The notes beneath the pieces were generated by a model that made no database searches, had not been told where the DNA came from, and was given only the letters and a program-made list of their open reading frames with translations. A stretch of 64,000 bases of DNA from Hydrolagus affinis. Taxonomy: Eukaryota. The stretch covers positions 62,001-126,000 of the forward strand of contig JAAILG010000013.1 in NCBI GenBank assembly GCA_012026655.1, written 5' to 3'. Shown here piece after piece: positions 52,803-64,000 of the stretch. How positions within the stretch are numbered: position 1 is the stretch's first letter; each line of letters starts with the position of its first letter. A program made the position numbers and the translations under genes.

Positions 52803-53269
52803 GTGTCAACTTGTAATGTGTTATTAAATTTGGTTGTGACCTATAATGATTTGTGCTTGATAAATCCCATAGGTCCTTTTGCTTTACTGCGGCACATATT
52901 GAGAAAATCCCTGTGAGGTAACTTGGAGGTGACCCATTTAACGACACTGCTGGTACCACAGGAGGAAAACCTGTCTGTCTTATGTAGGTATTCATTCCAT
53001 CTCGTATAGAGATAAAAAGGTTTCAACAGAACACTGAACTCCGTGTTTCAACCATTAAATGATGTTCTGGCATATTTAAACAGTTGGCGCATTGGATTTT
53101 CTTACTGCGTGGATCGTAGTCTCAGTTACTTGAACTTATTCTGAAGAGACTCTGGTTACAGATCGATTTTCACCCTGATGGTAGAAGATCTGTCTATTTG
53201 ACAGTGAAGGAGGGAAGACGGGTCTGGACACAGGATCAGGTCATCTCCACATATCTTTATGCCACCTTG

Positions 53270-53440
53270 ACTTTGGTTACTCAATCGACGACTGTTTGCT
53301 GTGTGCAATTGGCTGCCGCATTTGGCCAGCAAAAAAATATACGGTCATTTTACTTGACAGTGTATTCTGTGAAAAGCTTTGAGACAGCTCAACAATGTGA
53401 TTAGGCACTATATCAAATGCAATGATTATTATTAATAATA
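53270..53440 (+). mobile_element. Truncated SINE 3' part
   Basis: gctgtgtgcaattggctgccgcattt...ctatatcaaatgcaatgattattatt. Confidence 0.78.
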
Positions 53441-54882
53441 AGAGGAAAAAGAATGTGTAGCTCAGAGTGAAGTACTGAATATAGTTTGAAAGCAAGATAG
53501 TGTAAAAATGAGCCTGAATAGTAGAAGAAACATGGAGAAATGACACATTTAAATGTTGTACAGTTTCAAGTTACTATTTCTGCATCTTTTCCCACTCACT
53601 TTCATTTTGCTGACTTTAGATGAGAAAAACAGGCGTCCAAGGCCAATTTTCTCAAGTCAGCAAGTCTATTATTCTATACATTGTTTTTTGGTTGAAGTCA
53701 TTTTACAGGATACACCAGTAAGCACTCCCAATTATTGATGCCACAGTTCCAGTTACAGGAAACATGCTGCCAAAGTTTCACTCATCACCACTATCTTCCA
53801 ACTTGGTGTCTTTTGATGCACAAGTGGTTATTTTCCATTGACATTACAATAATAATCCTATAACACAAACCTTGCATTTGGTATATATAGCACCTTTGAC
53901 GTCAGGAGTGCGTCTCAAATCACGATTTGCTGGAAAGTACAGTATTTGTACGTATATATGGCAGCCAATTTGCAAACAAGCCCAAATTAGTCACCAATGC
54001 TATATTAAATTTAAGGGATTCAATAAGCAGTTGATTTCCAACAGAATCATCATACCAAATAGTCTATGGCCATTGCTGGATATTGTTGCATACCTAACTC
54101 TGACATCTCTATGTTCTCAACTGGCTGATTCCCTACTAGTCAAGGACAGACACATTACTCAGCGCACGCATTCCTCTCTAGTTCCAAACAGGATTCTTTA
54201 CAGCTTTGAATAACAACAACAACAACAACTTTGATTTATATAGCGTCCTCCACGCTGGACGGCTTCTCAGAACAGGAAACAACCCCAACTCTGAACAGGC
54301 AATAGTTCCAGGACCCGACGAACCGCAGTTCCAGAATGTGTGTTCGTTAAAAGTCTTCAAGCTGTTTACAGAGTGAGGAAACGGAAGGTATCCGTTACAC
54401 TCCTCAATGATACGTGTCACACTGAATGACAGTCTTCTCTGAGGAGCTGGCCTGGCAGTAAATTCACTTCCAGTTTGTAAATGAGCAAATAACAGCAGTC
54501 AGCAATGTAAGTCATGAATGCTGATACTGTCTGTACCCCTCCAAGCAGCCTGAACTCAGGGTGACTTCAGCGATCTGATACACTGACTGTGTTTCTTTAA
54601 AGAGGATGCGGTATTTAAAAATGCCCCGGAACACACATCGAGGCATTTACATTCTGTCAGAGCGTATATACAATACTAAAGATAAAATGTTCTGTCATCT
54701 TGCTGTGTGTTTCAGAGAACAAATGGTATCATTTGCTTTAGGGGTTACACTGTGCCTGAATTAATAGCACTGAATCCAAAAGACATCATTCAGAAGATTG
54801 TTGCTAATTCAGCGGCAGTGCTGAAATCTTCGGCCCTATCGCCGACTCCACACAATGATATTTGGATCCAAAGCTGCTCCCA

Positions 54883-54980
54883 AACAACAACAACAAAATT
54901 ACACTTGTATAACGCCTTTCACGTCAGGAGGACGTCCCAAGGCGCTAGACGGTCATTGTTTCAGACCTGAGCTGGGGTTC
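54883..54980 (-). mobile_element. L2 3' end (tail family B), intact stem-loop
   Basis: Minus strand agcgccttgggacgtcctcctgacgtgaaaggcgttatacaagtgtaattttgttgttgttg. Confidence 0.8.
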
Positions 54981-56859
54981 ACAAATGCCATTGTTAATGA
55001 TCGTGGCGCTCAGTTGGATTAAATGACGTGAAATGGGATTCACGTAAAATGGGATCCAGAGCTAGCGATAGATTTCATAAGCCCGAGTGAAAACAAACAT
55101 GGTGTCTTGCTGCCAAGGTGTCGGCTGGTGGGTGAGGGGGGGTATGGGCACGATTCACACCTGTGTCGGTTCTCCACAGAGCGATGGGAAAGCATTGATG
55201 AGAGCAGCTGTACTGTTTGCCCTCATTGTCATGATAACACAAGCAGTAACTTAGTTCACCAGTGGAATAACATAGATGGTGTCAATCTGTGGCCATGCCC
55301 TCAACCAGGATTTTTCAGCCATTTATTTTCCACATAAAATGACTCACTGAACATCACATGTCCCACTAGGTTCGAACACATTACATTTTCATACATGATG
55401 ACATCAATCAGACTTATTGAATTTGGAGCCAAACTCTCCCCATCCCCTCACCAACCCCAAAAAACTCCCACACCCAACCGTATCTAGTTGAAATGGGGGA
55501 GCGGGAAGGAAAGGATGAGATACGATAGCGCTTTCGTAAATTTACAGTACAAGTTCACATGTTAAACCTAAACCGTGGTGTAAAATTACAAAGTGTTGTG
55601 TCACGTGGAACCTGTAAATATCAATTAAATCATCCAAATTCAGTATACAGTGGTATTTGAGATCCCGATGCTGATCTTGGGTCTGATTGGTAGGGAGGAC
55701 ACTGAGTTTCTGGAGTTACAGTTTGTTTTATCTACATCGACTGAAATGGCTGCTTCCTTTTTTTTAATAGTAATTGGAACCGATGTGTTAGCATAGCAGA
55801 ACGATGATGCTATTAGACCAACACATTCCTTTCCTGTGGCTCCAACACCGAGCCATTCTCTTACCTTTGCAAAATATGAGAGACTTTGTTAAAAGCTCCG
55901 TTAATCATTTGGCTGCTGATTTCTCTGGCACTTGGTCAAAATACCAGCATATTTAATAGAGTCAGATAAGTATTGATGCATCCAGGACCTTCACATGAGA
56001 GTGAGGGGAACAGAAGGGTATAGGAGGGAGCAAGAAATGGGTGGAGATTCATGTGGAATATAAGAACTGCGAAGGACTGATTGGGCTGAGTGGCCTGAGA
56101 TTTACAAAGAATGTAAGTGCTGTACATTCTTTGTAAATCTTTGTGAATCTTTATAATTTTGCGGTTAAATACCTTACTGCGTTAATAACCAATGAATAAC
56201 TATATTACTGTATTATGCGGGATTGAAACACATCAGCCCTGGACAGCCTTGCTTTGTTCCCTAATAATTATTTTCCACAGTGAAACATTTGAAAACAGTT
56301 ACTTTTATTACTACTGTAATTGCTATCGTGCTATGAGTTTTGTCAATTTTTTTTCACCTTTCAATTTTCTCTGTTAAAGACATTAATTGGTTGCTGAGTT
56401 TCGCCCACAAAATATACAGGCAATTTACTTTAGAGTATGTTCTGTGAAGCACAAGGTGCCGAGAAGACATGATAAGTTCCTATATCAAATGCAAAGGTTA
56501 GTATTATTATCAAGTCAAGTTGGCATCTAGTTCTACATCTAACTGCTAACTCCTTAGTGCCCTGCCCATGTGATTATTCTTCATGTTAGAGCCAAGACAA
56601 TAGAGATCCTCATCAGTTAACCCCAATACTATCCTCACCCAACACAAAGACACGCCCACCTTCTGATAAGGACTATTAAAAAAATATATTAAAAATTACT
56701 ATTAAAAAAGAGGAAGCAGCCATTTCAGTCGATGTGGATAACATATGTAGATAACATACTCCAGAAACTCAGTAGAACTCAATGTCAAATTCCTTAATGA
56801 ACTGCACCCAAAATAGCTTGCTGCTATCGCACGTCTGGGGCTAAATAACACAGAGACCC

Positions 56860-57320
56860 ACTCCTGCTGGTTTATTGATAAGCCTCTTATATTGTGCCTT
56901 GCAGGAATGCCATCCCATCATGGTCTCACACACACACAATTCTCTTAATTTACAGCACGATTTTCTGGGGCCAAATCTGTTTATTCTCAGGGGCTGTTGA
57001 GGAGCGGAAATGAATGGGTTACCAGGTTCCTGTTGTGACAGTAAATGGCACAATCAGAATTAATCAGGTTAATGAAGAGATATGAATTTATATTCTCCTC
57101 TTTAATTATTCATGATCAGCCGCATAAAACAATATATATTTTTGAATAAATACCACCGCGGCTCTGCCCGCTCACATGCAGCACAGCCATAACTCAGTGC
57201 CCGAAGAGTTAATAAATCAAATGGCCTATGGTTTATGTATCACTTAAATCACTGGGACAGGAGGATTCAACTGATAAATAAGTGATGGGACTATTAATTA
57301 AAAGTAATGTGTTTTTGCTT
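56860..57320. promoter_or_regulatory. Candidate enhancer / CNE block
   Basis: Repeat-free; TGACAG (Meis), ataaatca (reverse of TGATTTAT, Pbx/Hox), cataaaa, aattaatc, ttaattaa. Confidence 0.35.
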
Positions 57321-58189
57321 TTTTCTGGCAATTTGAGGATATGCCACACTTGCTAGTTAGTCACAGGGGGAATCAAGGCAGAAGCTTCTAGGAATGTTTT
57401 GTGTTCATTCAACCAAGAATATGTTAATGTACATTGCCCCATTACTGCACATCAGCATCATGAATAAGCAGCAACGCAAGCAAGGACCATACACTTAGCA
57501 TCCTCTGATAACATATTTAATGACAGATTGATGGTAGATTTGCAAATGTGAAGTGGCATCGTTGTCACTAACTTCAGTTTTATTCCTGCTACGCAAGCAT
57601 ATTTATGTGCATAATTTGATTTCTCCACTGTGCTATTAGTACATTTTAATATTAACAATGCACTAAAGGATAAAGCTAAAGTTCCAGTGATGTTTTTTGC
57701 GTTCATTCAACCGAACACAATGAGAAAAGATGACAACATTTTTAGAGGCACAGAGGGGTTTAGGAGATGAAAGGGATTAGGAAAACTAATCAGAACTGAT
57801 TAGAGTGAGAATAAAGTTCTATCCTGTTGAAGGGAATTGTGAAGGCAGAGGCAAAATGGACGGCAAAGTCACTGGTCAGTGGTGGCACACGATACAATCT
57901 GACAGCGCTGCATAATGTGTTGGACATAGACCACAATAATGGGAACAATGCATCTTTGAACATTGGAGTAACCATTGCCACCATGAGATATTGACACATA
58001 ATGCAGTGTTCTGAAAGATGTGGTGCTAAAAAAGGATCGTTCGGTTTATTTCCAATAGTCCGACTTTGAAGGATGGATAGTTGTGTTTCAGGTTTATAAA
58101 TACAGGTGGATGCAAAGTGGCTTCACTGTGCTCCGCTCAGCTAACTCAGGTTTGCTTCACGTACTTCACTCGACCTCCAAGCCACCATC

Positions 58190-58400
58190 AATGGCCAAAC
58201 ACTCAGCAACCACCTCTGGACCGTGCCGTCTCTCTCTCTGTCTCATTTATTCGACTATCTATCTTTAAATTCCTCCTTAAAACCTACCTCTCTGACTGCA
58301 CCTACGGCCGCTTCTCCCATTCCCGGCCCTGGCTTCATGAAATGCCCTGGCACATTAGCCTAAGTGAAGGACGATATGCAAACGCAAATCAATGTTGTCG
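58190..58400 (+). mobile_element. Decayed L2 3' end
   Basis: tttaaattcctccttaaaacctacctc (FKFLLKTYL, L2 ORF2 terminus) followed by a degenerate tail. Confidence 0.65.
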
Positions 58401-58739
58401 CTTCCCTGATTGAAAAGTCCGACACCAATCGAGGCCTGACGATCCATTGTCCAGTGAACACACCAACCCTGGAAACAAGTCCAGGCACTGCATCCCACTC
58501 AATGTGCAGTGGGACAATTTAAATACTGGTGTGTTTTCAGATGAAATGAGCAAAACAAACTCTCTCGTAAAGATGAGAATGCTATACTCTGCAGCGTGCG
58601 GTAATCCAGGATATAGAAAATCTGTAAAATCTTATTTTTCACATGTTTTACTCTTGTTTTCCTAGGTATCTCCTGTGGCTGCCACTCAGAAGAGAAAGCG
58701 TATAACTTGTTACAAGCCTCTGGCAATATTGCTCCACGC

Positions 58740-59132
58740 CTAGCCTGGCTCAGTCAGTTGTACACTTGCCTTTGGAGTCAGAAGCTTGTGGGTTGATGTC
58801 CCACGTCTGGACTTTGAAATCACAGTCAAGGCTGACACATCAATGCAGCACTGCATTGGATGAGATATTCAATTGTACTTGCTGACGTTAAAGATCCCAT
58901 GGCACTATTCGAAAAGAGATGGGAGTTTCTCCTGGTGTCCTGACCAACAAACACCTCGTATAACATTGACCATTCACTTCATGGCTGTTTTTAGGGCATC
59001 GTCATGCACAAATTGGTTGCCACATTTGCCTACTAAATGCACGGTCATTACACTCAGGATAAAATCTCCGTGAAGCACTTTGAGACTCCCTCCCGACGTC
59101 AAAGTTGCTGCATCAAATGCAAGAATTATTGC
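58740..59132 (+). mobile_element. Old Deu-domain tRNA SINE, near full length
   Basis: Head agcctggctcagtcagttgtacacttgcctttggagtcagaagcttgtgggtt; Deu hallmark gacgttaaagatcccatggcactattcgaa; L2-type tail. Confidence 0.85.
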
Positions 59133-59821
59133 TGCAAAGTCTGTGAGAAATCTCCCTCCCACTGATCCTACCTCTTTCCCGGTGAGGAATCTCACAGTAT
59201 CAGCAATTTTAACGTGCGGGGGGTAGAGAGAATTAACTGCACGGGAAGTCAGGTGAATGGCTTGTGTCATCTCTAAAGCAGCTACACCGTAACTACAACC
59301 CTGTTATACCTTGTGCACTTGGTCAGGTTTGATGGATACATTCGCTAAGAAAGTGGAGATTCGAAGAGCAACTAAAACGGGCCCTTCCTTGTCTACATCT
59401 TTCAAAATTTACTTAAGAGGCTGCCTGATGTTTCCAGCATGTTGTAGGGGGGAAAGTTCAATTCATTCTCAGCCAAATGGGCTGCTTTGTTCGCACTCAT
59501 AATTGTGAGTTTATCCAGGTTATGATCTCAGTCTGGTCCTCATTTATTTAGCATCTCATTAAACACTGCTTCAGTGTTCTTTGCCAGAATGTAGAATGGA
59601 TAGGCTGGCTCGACAGCCAAATGCATCATTCAATGTGAGTATGGCTCTGCCCTTCCTCTCATTTCTCCATTCCTCTGCACATTCTCATGCAATCTTTCCA
59701 CTCAGCAAAAGGCACACAATTTCTCTTTTAAATCCACATAATTGTTTACGCAAATGCCTATGACATTTTCATTTCATATGTCTAGTACAGTAGTTACTTA
59801 TGAAACAAGGGAAGCATAGTC

Positions 59822-60213
59822 CAGTAAAAGCTTGGTTATCCTGCACCCAACCAACCGGAACGATGAACCAACCGGTATCTCCCAATACAATTCACCATTC
59901 CAGCAACCGGATCTCATACCATAGCCATCCAGGACACTCGCGGTATGCTCACTTTGCGCATGTGCACTTATTAAACTTACCGAACGCTGGAATGCTTTTT
60001 TACCGATCGTGTTACCGAGTGTGCTGGAATGCTTTATTGGTAAGTATCCACACAATATTCTGTGATAATTTAGTCTATTATTAATATGGTATGTTTTAAA
60101 ATAAGAAAACTTTTGCCTAGGATTTTCAGCAACTTGCCACTCGAATATCCGGTATAATTAATTAACCAGCAACGGTCAGGTCCCGAGGGTGCCGGATAAC
60201 GAAGCTTTTACTG
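59822..60213. mobile_element. Non-autonomous Tc1/mariner (Tigger/pogo-like) DNA transposon, 392 bp
   Basis: TIRs cagtaaaagcttggttatcctgcacc and ggtgccggataacgaagcttttactg (24/26); CAGT termini; TA on the right flank, TC on the left. Confidence 0.8.
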
Positions 60214-60530
60214 TAATAATAATACTACAATTCTTGCATTTGATCTGGCGCACTCAACTTCAATTGAATTGCGCTTGATATTTTTGTCGAGTGTGGCAAC
60301 TGTATTTTCAGGCAAAAGTGGATGCCAATTTGCACACTTAAATGTCCCACAAACTGCTGAAGTGAAGTGAATGGCCAATTTGATTGTGAAGATTGTCAGC
60401 CAGGACACTGGGAAAAAAACTCCATTGCCTTATCGAATAGTGTCAACATCCACCTGAACAGATAGGGGACATCTCATCTGAACAGGGACAGCTTTGTAAA
60501 TGCAAAGCTCCCCAGTTCTGCCCTGTAATG
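60214..60530 (-). mobile_element. Old Deu-domain SINE fragment
   Basis: ttcttgcatttgat...gccaatttgcacac...gccaggacactggg...tcgaatagtgtc..catccacctgaacag. Confidence 0.75.
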
Positions 60531-61763
60531 GGAAGTCCTCCTGACGTGAAAGGCGCTCTACAAATATAATTTTGTTATTGTTTGTTGTTGCGGTGTCAGT
60601 TTAAGCAAAGTCACCAGCTTCTGGCAAATTGATTACAATTGTAGACAATACCGATGCAGGAACTCGCTGGGAAGGCAGATTCGATCACTTGTCATTTAAG
60701 ATTCTCTCAATCACACTTAGTCCAGTGTCGCTTTTGTGAAACTTTTAATTTCTTGTTGTGGTGGTGGGGAGGGGGGATGAAAACAAAACATTTTCATCAC
60801 GTATTGTTTTCCCGCTGCAAATGTACTTTGCGGTGGAGAAGCCTCCGCAGCCAATAACATGAATAACAATTTTAATTCACAGTATGCTCAAAGTGAGTGA
60901 GTGAACATGCTTTAATTGATCTCATTATTCTTTGTGATGGGCAAAGTCTGCTTCTTCAGCACATGTAATTCTCTCCTTTCATATTAATTGGGGCTTAGGC
61001 TATACAGACAGATGCTGCCATAGCTGTCCCCATGTACAGAACCTTGAGGAATGCAATTGGTTGGATTGCTCAGGGATCCCAAACCAGAGCTCTTTTGGAA
61101 GGAGCTGCTTCCTGGATTAGACAATCAAGTCCAAGCATTTAAGGTTAAGTTCCTTTTTATGTCACATCCCTATTAGTGGTGGAGTGAGTGGGAGAGGAAA
61201 GCCTGAGTTATATTTCCTGAATCAATTCCTCTTGCCAGGCAGAGGCTGGCTGAGGAGAGCTCAAGACTTACGCAAAAAAGTTCAGATGGAGAGCTGCGCT
61301 AACCAGGACCAAGTGACCATCAGCTTGTAAATGTTATTGAACAATCGGAAGATGTGATTGACTCTTTAATAACATTACATTCAACCCCGAAAAAGTGTGT
61401 GGATGGTTCAATAGACCACATGAGAATTTATAAACAGCCCGAATTTAGCAAAGGCTGAATTAATTTGCTGGCAAAACCCGTTCCTCAAGTTGATTTTTGG
61501 ACAGGTAGCCTCCAGGGCAAATCCCTGCGAGATCTCGTGCCTCAAACATGTTTTTTTTTCTGTGCGTCTGTTCTATGCAATTTTCACGTTGGATTGATGT
61601 GGATGGCACGCTATAAAAAGGGCATCTGATAGGGTTATTAGAGGAAGATTTGTATCAGCTCCAATAGTGAAAATCAATGCTGTGTTTCTTAACCCATTGG
61701 TGGAGCGCATTGTGATGTCCTCCTGATGTGAAAGGCGCTTAAACAAATATAATTTGCTGTTGA

Positions 61764-62105
61764 AAGTCCTGTAGTGTAATGGTTAGCATGCTCGCCTTGT
61801 AAGCAAGAGGATCTGGTTTCGTTACCAACTGGGATCAAACCATAGGTAAGTTTCTTTACTCCACACACCTCTGTTTACTAGCAGTAAGTAGGAACCGGTT
61901 GTTAGTTTCCCCCCTCAAATATACATGATAATTTGGTCAATCAATCCACAACTGTTAGTGGGACATTGCTATGCACAATTGGCTGCCGAGTTTCACCAAC
62001 AATATACACAGTCAATCCACTTTACAATACAGTCTTTGAAGCGCTTGGGGACGTTTTAACGACGTTATAAGGAGCTATAATCAAATACAAGGATTATTAT
62101 TATTC
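61764..62105 (+). mobile_element. SINE family A, long subfamily
   Basis: tRNA head plus extra segment cctctgtttactagcagtaagtaggaaccggttgttag, then the usual body and tail. Confidence 0.85.
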
Positions 62106-62136
62106 ATTATGGGGGTCTGAACCTCATGTCCTCTTA

Positions 62137-62386
62137 TAGAGTTGCCAACTTTCCAGTTTCTCAAAACCAGACAATAATAATAGTAAAGTACTATATGATT
62201 TAATGTACATGCTCTGTGCTCTGTGCATGCACGGTGTGAGGGGGACACTGGGAGATGCAGTTCCATTACTTGCTTTCTTCCCCTTCGTCCGCAGACTGCG
62301 GGCAACAAACAGACTTTTGGTGTCCGTTCATGCTACTCACCGGAGACTCGACAGTTTCCCCTGAAACCGGATAGTTGGCAGCCCTA
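62137..62386. mobile_element. hAT-like MITE, 250 bp
   Basis: TIRs tagagttgccaactttccagtttc and gaaaccggatagttggcagcccta (20/24); TAGGGTTGCCA-type termini; no clear TSD. Confidence 0.65.
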
Positions 62387-63340
62387 CTACCTCTCATCTG
62401 TGGTCCTGTGTCTAAATGTGCAGGCTTGTTTCCATGGTGACTATTGGTCATCGCATCCTTGTTTGACTGAAGGAGATGAGCTCTTGCTTTTAAAATGTGA
62501 TCGAATAGAAATAATGAACTCGGAAGACATTGTCGAGTCTACTTGAGCACTCACTGGGCATTGTGTTGGATTAATTCCCTGGCTCGATGATAAAACCCTC
62601 CTTACAAGCACATCATCTTTCACTGTCGCTCAGAAAATCAACATCGGTCTTTCGAGTCGCCTCATCCCTCGGGGTTCTGTCCGTGGCCCTGTGTAAAAAG
62701 CACGTCCGGCGTTGCTGAGAGTGAACTGAAACAGTATCTCACCTGAGAGAGCAGTCGGATTGATTCAATCGTACAATGTATTGCTCTGAAAGCAGGGACT
62801 GGCTGGGCTGTTGAGGACAATGGCTTTTGAATATTAACAATACAGTGGAGGGTAATAAAGCTGAGGTTCTAACTGAGTGATGGTGACGCTGATTCAATTT
62901 GTGATTGTTATCTGCGCTGGGCAAAAGCTCGCAAACTTGAAAAACAACATACATCAAGGTTCATCTGTTATGTGGGGAGACAATATTTTCTAGATTAGGT
63001 TTGACCAAACCAAGGCTTGCTCAGCTAAATGCAGACCAGTAATGGGAAGCATTTCCCAAATCATCAGATCATGACTTAACCCTTGGATTACCGACAGGTC
63101 TTTGGGCTTCCATCTCCACCGACTGATCTGTTCTGTACCCCTGTACCATCTACATCCCTTAATATTCTAATATTAATCCTCCCTATTAAAATCAATATGA
63201 TATACACTTCTACACATCGTCTCCTCATCTTCATGAATAAAAAAAGTTATCACTTTCTTTCTGTGTTCTCTACTTCCTTGTTTTCTGTGTCCTACTTTTA
63301 ACGTTGCTATCTACCACTCATCTAACTCACTCTTACCCTA

Positions 63341-63693
63341 GAGTCCTCTGATTCAGTGGTTAGAGCACTTGCCTTGCAAGCGAGAGGGCCTGGGTTCGAT
63401 TCCCAGGCAGGGCGCGAAACGTTGATCAAATTTCCTTACTCCACATACCTAGCAGTAAGTAGGAACCCGGTTGTTAGTCAATTGGTGGATTGCTTTTCCA
63501 TGGGTAATAATCCCTCAAATAAAAATAATAATAATTTGGTCACTCAATCTACGGTTGGGACACTACTGTGTGCGATTGGCTGCTGTGTTTTGACCACAAT
63601 ACAAATTCACTTTACTGTATATTCTGTGAAGTGCTTTAAGATGCCTGGAAGATCTGATAAGTGCTATATGAAATGTAAGGATTATTATTATTA
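63341..63693 (+). mobile_element. SINE family A, long subfamily
   Basis: Head with anticodon arm cttgc-cttgcaa-gcgag and T arm ctggg-ttcgatt-cccag; extra segment cctagcagtaagtaggaacccggttgttag. Confidence 0.9.
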
Positions 63694-64000
63694 TCTCCCA
63701 GAACCTCAGAAGATGCACCTCTTGAGCTCCTCATTTTTCTCTTCCTCCTACAATCTGGCCATTACACTTGACAAACAAGAACAAAGCACTGAGCAATACT
63801 CTTGAAATGTCACATCACTGAATAGGAAACAAAGAACGTTACAGAGAGGAGAGATACACGGATGAGGAATTAATGGGTGAGTCACCAATGAACGCTAACA
63901 TCTTATCTTGGCGTATTATAACATGCAGTTAATGTTAATATTCCCATCAAACCAATAATTCAAGAACGCTGTGCTTCAGTTTGGGGGCAAACCTACCTCC

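Noticed and set aside
62743-62785. 43-nt minus-strand micro-exon, and isolated consensus donors at about 4675 (+), 51944 (-) and 55864 (-)
   Set aside because: Such motifs are expected by chance many times in 64 kb and have no supporting frame or partner site.
63341-63415. tRNA-Ala(TGC)-like cloverleaf as a real tRNA gene
   Set aside because: Acceptor and D stems are degenerate and the sequence continues into the SINE body; it is a SINE head.
63356-63805. 149-aa ORF and other ORFs ending KCKDYYY
   Set aside because: These are translations of the SINE body and tail.

Overview
Non-coding, repeat-rich vertebrate DNA. The repeat set (tRNA/Deu-domain SINEs, shark-type CR1 3' ends, L2 fragments, Penelope-like hairpins) points to a cartilaginous fish, possibly a holocephalan; this is inferred from repeats only. 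No intact protein-coding gene is recognisable. The supplied ORFs are chance ORFs, SINE read-throughs or decayed CR1/L2 ORF2 fragments. The window reads like part of a large intron or 5' region of a gene, possibly on the minus strand, with candidate exons at 46444-46564 and ending at 146 and several homeobox-motif-rich unique blocks. Best observations: (1) an apparently intact minimal hammerhead ribozyme (47802-47840, minus) in the loop of a Penelope-like inverted repeat, with a decayed second copy near 28.9 kb; (2) a composite tRNA-Ala/CORE-like/Deu/L2-tail SINE with two subfamilies; (3) two L2-type tail families sharing one stem-loop fold; (4) Tigger-like and hAT-like MITEs, palindromic relics and a degenerate 32-bp minisatellite. 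I found no strong evidence for a wholly new system. Repeat boundaries were read by eye (about +/-10-20 bp).
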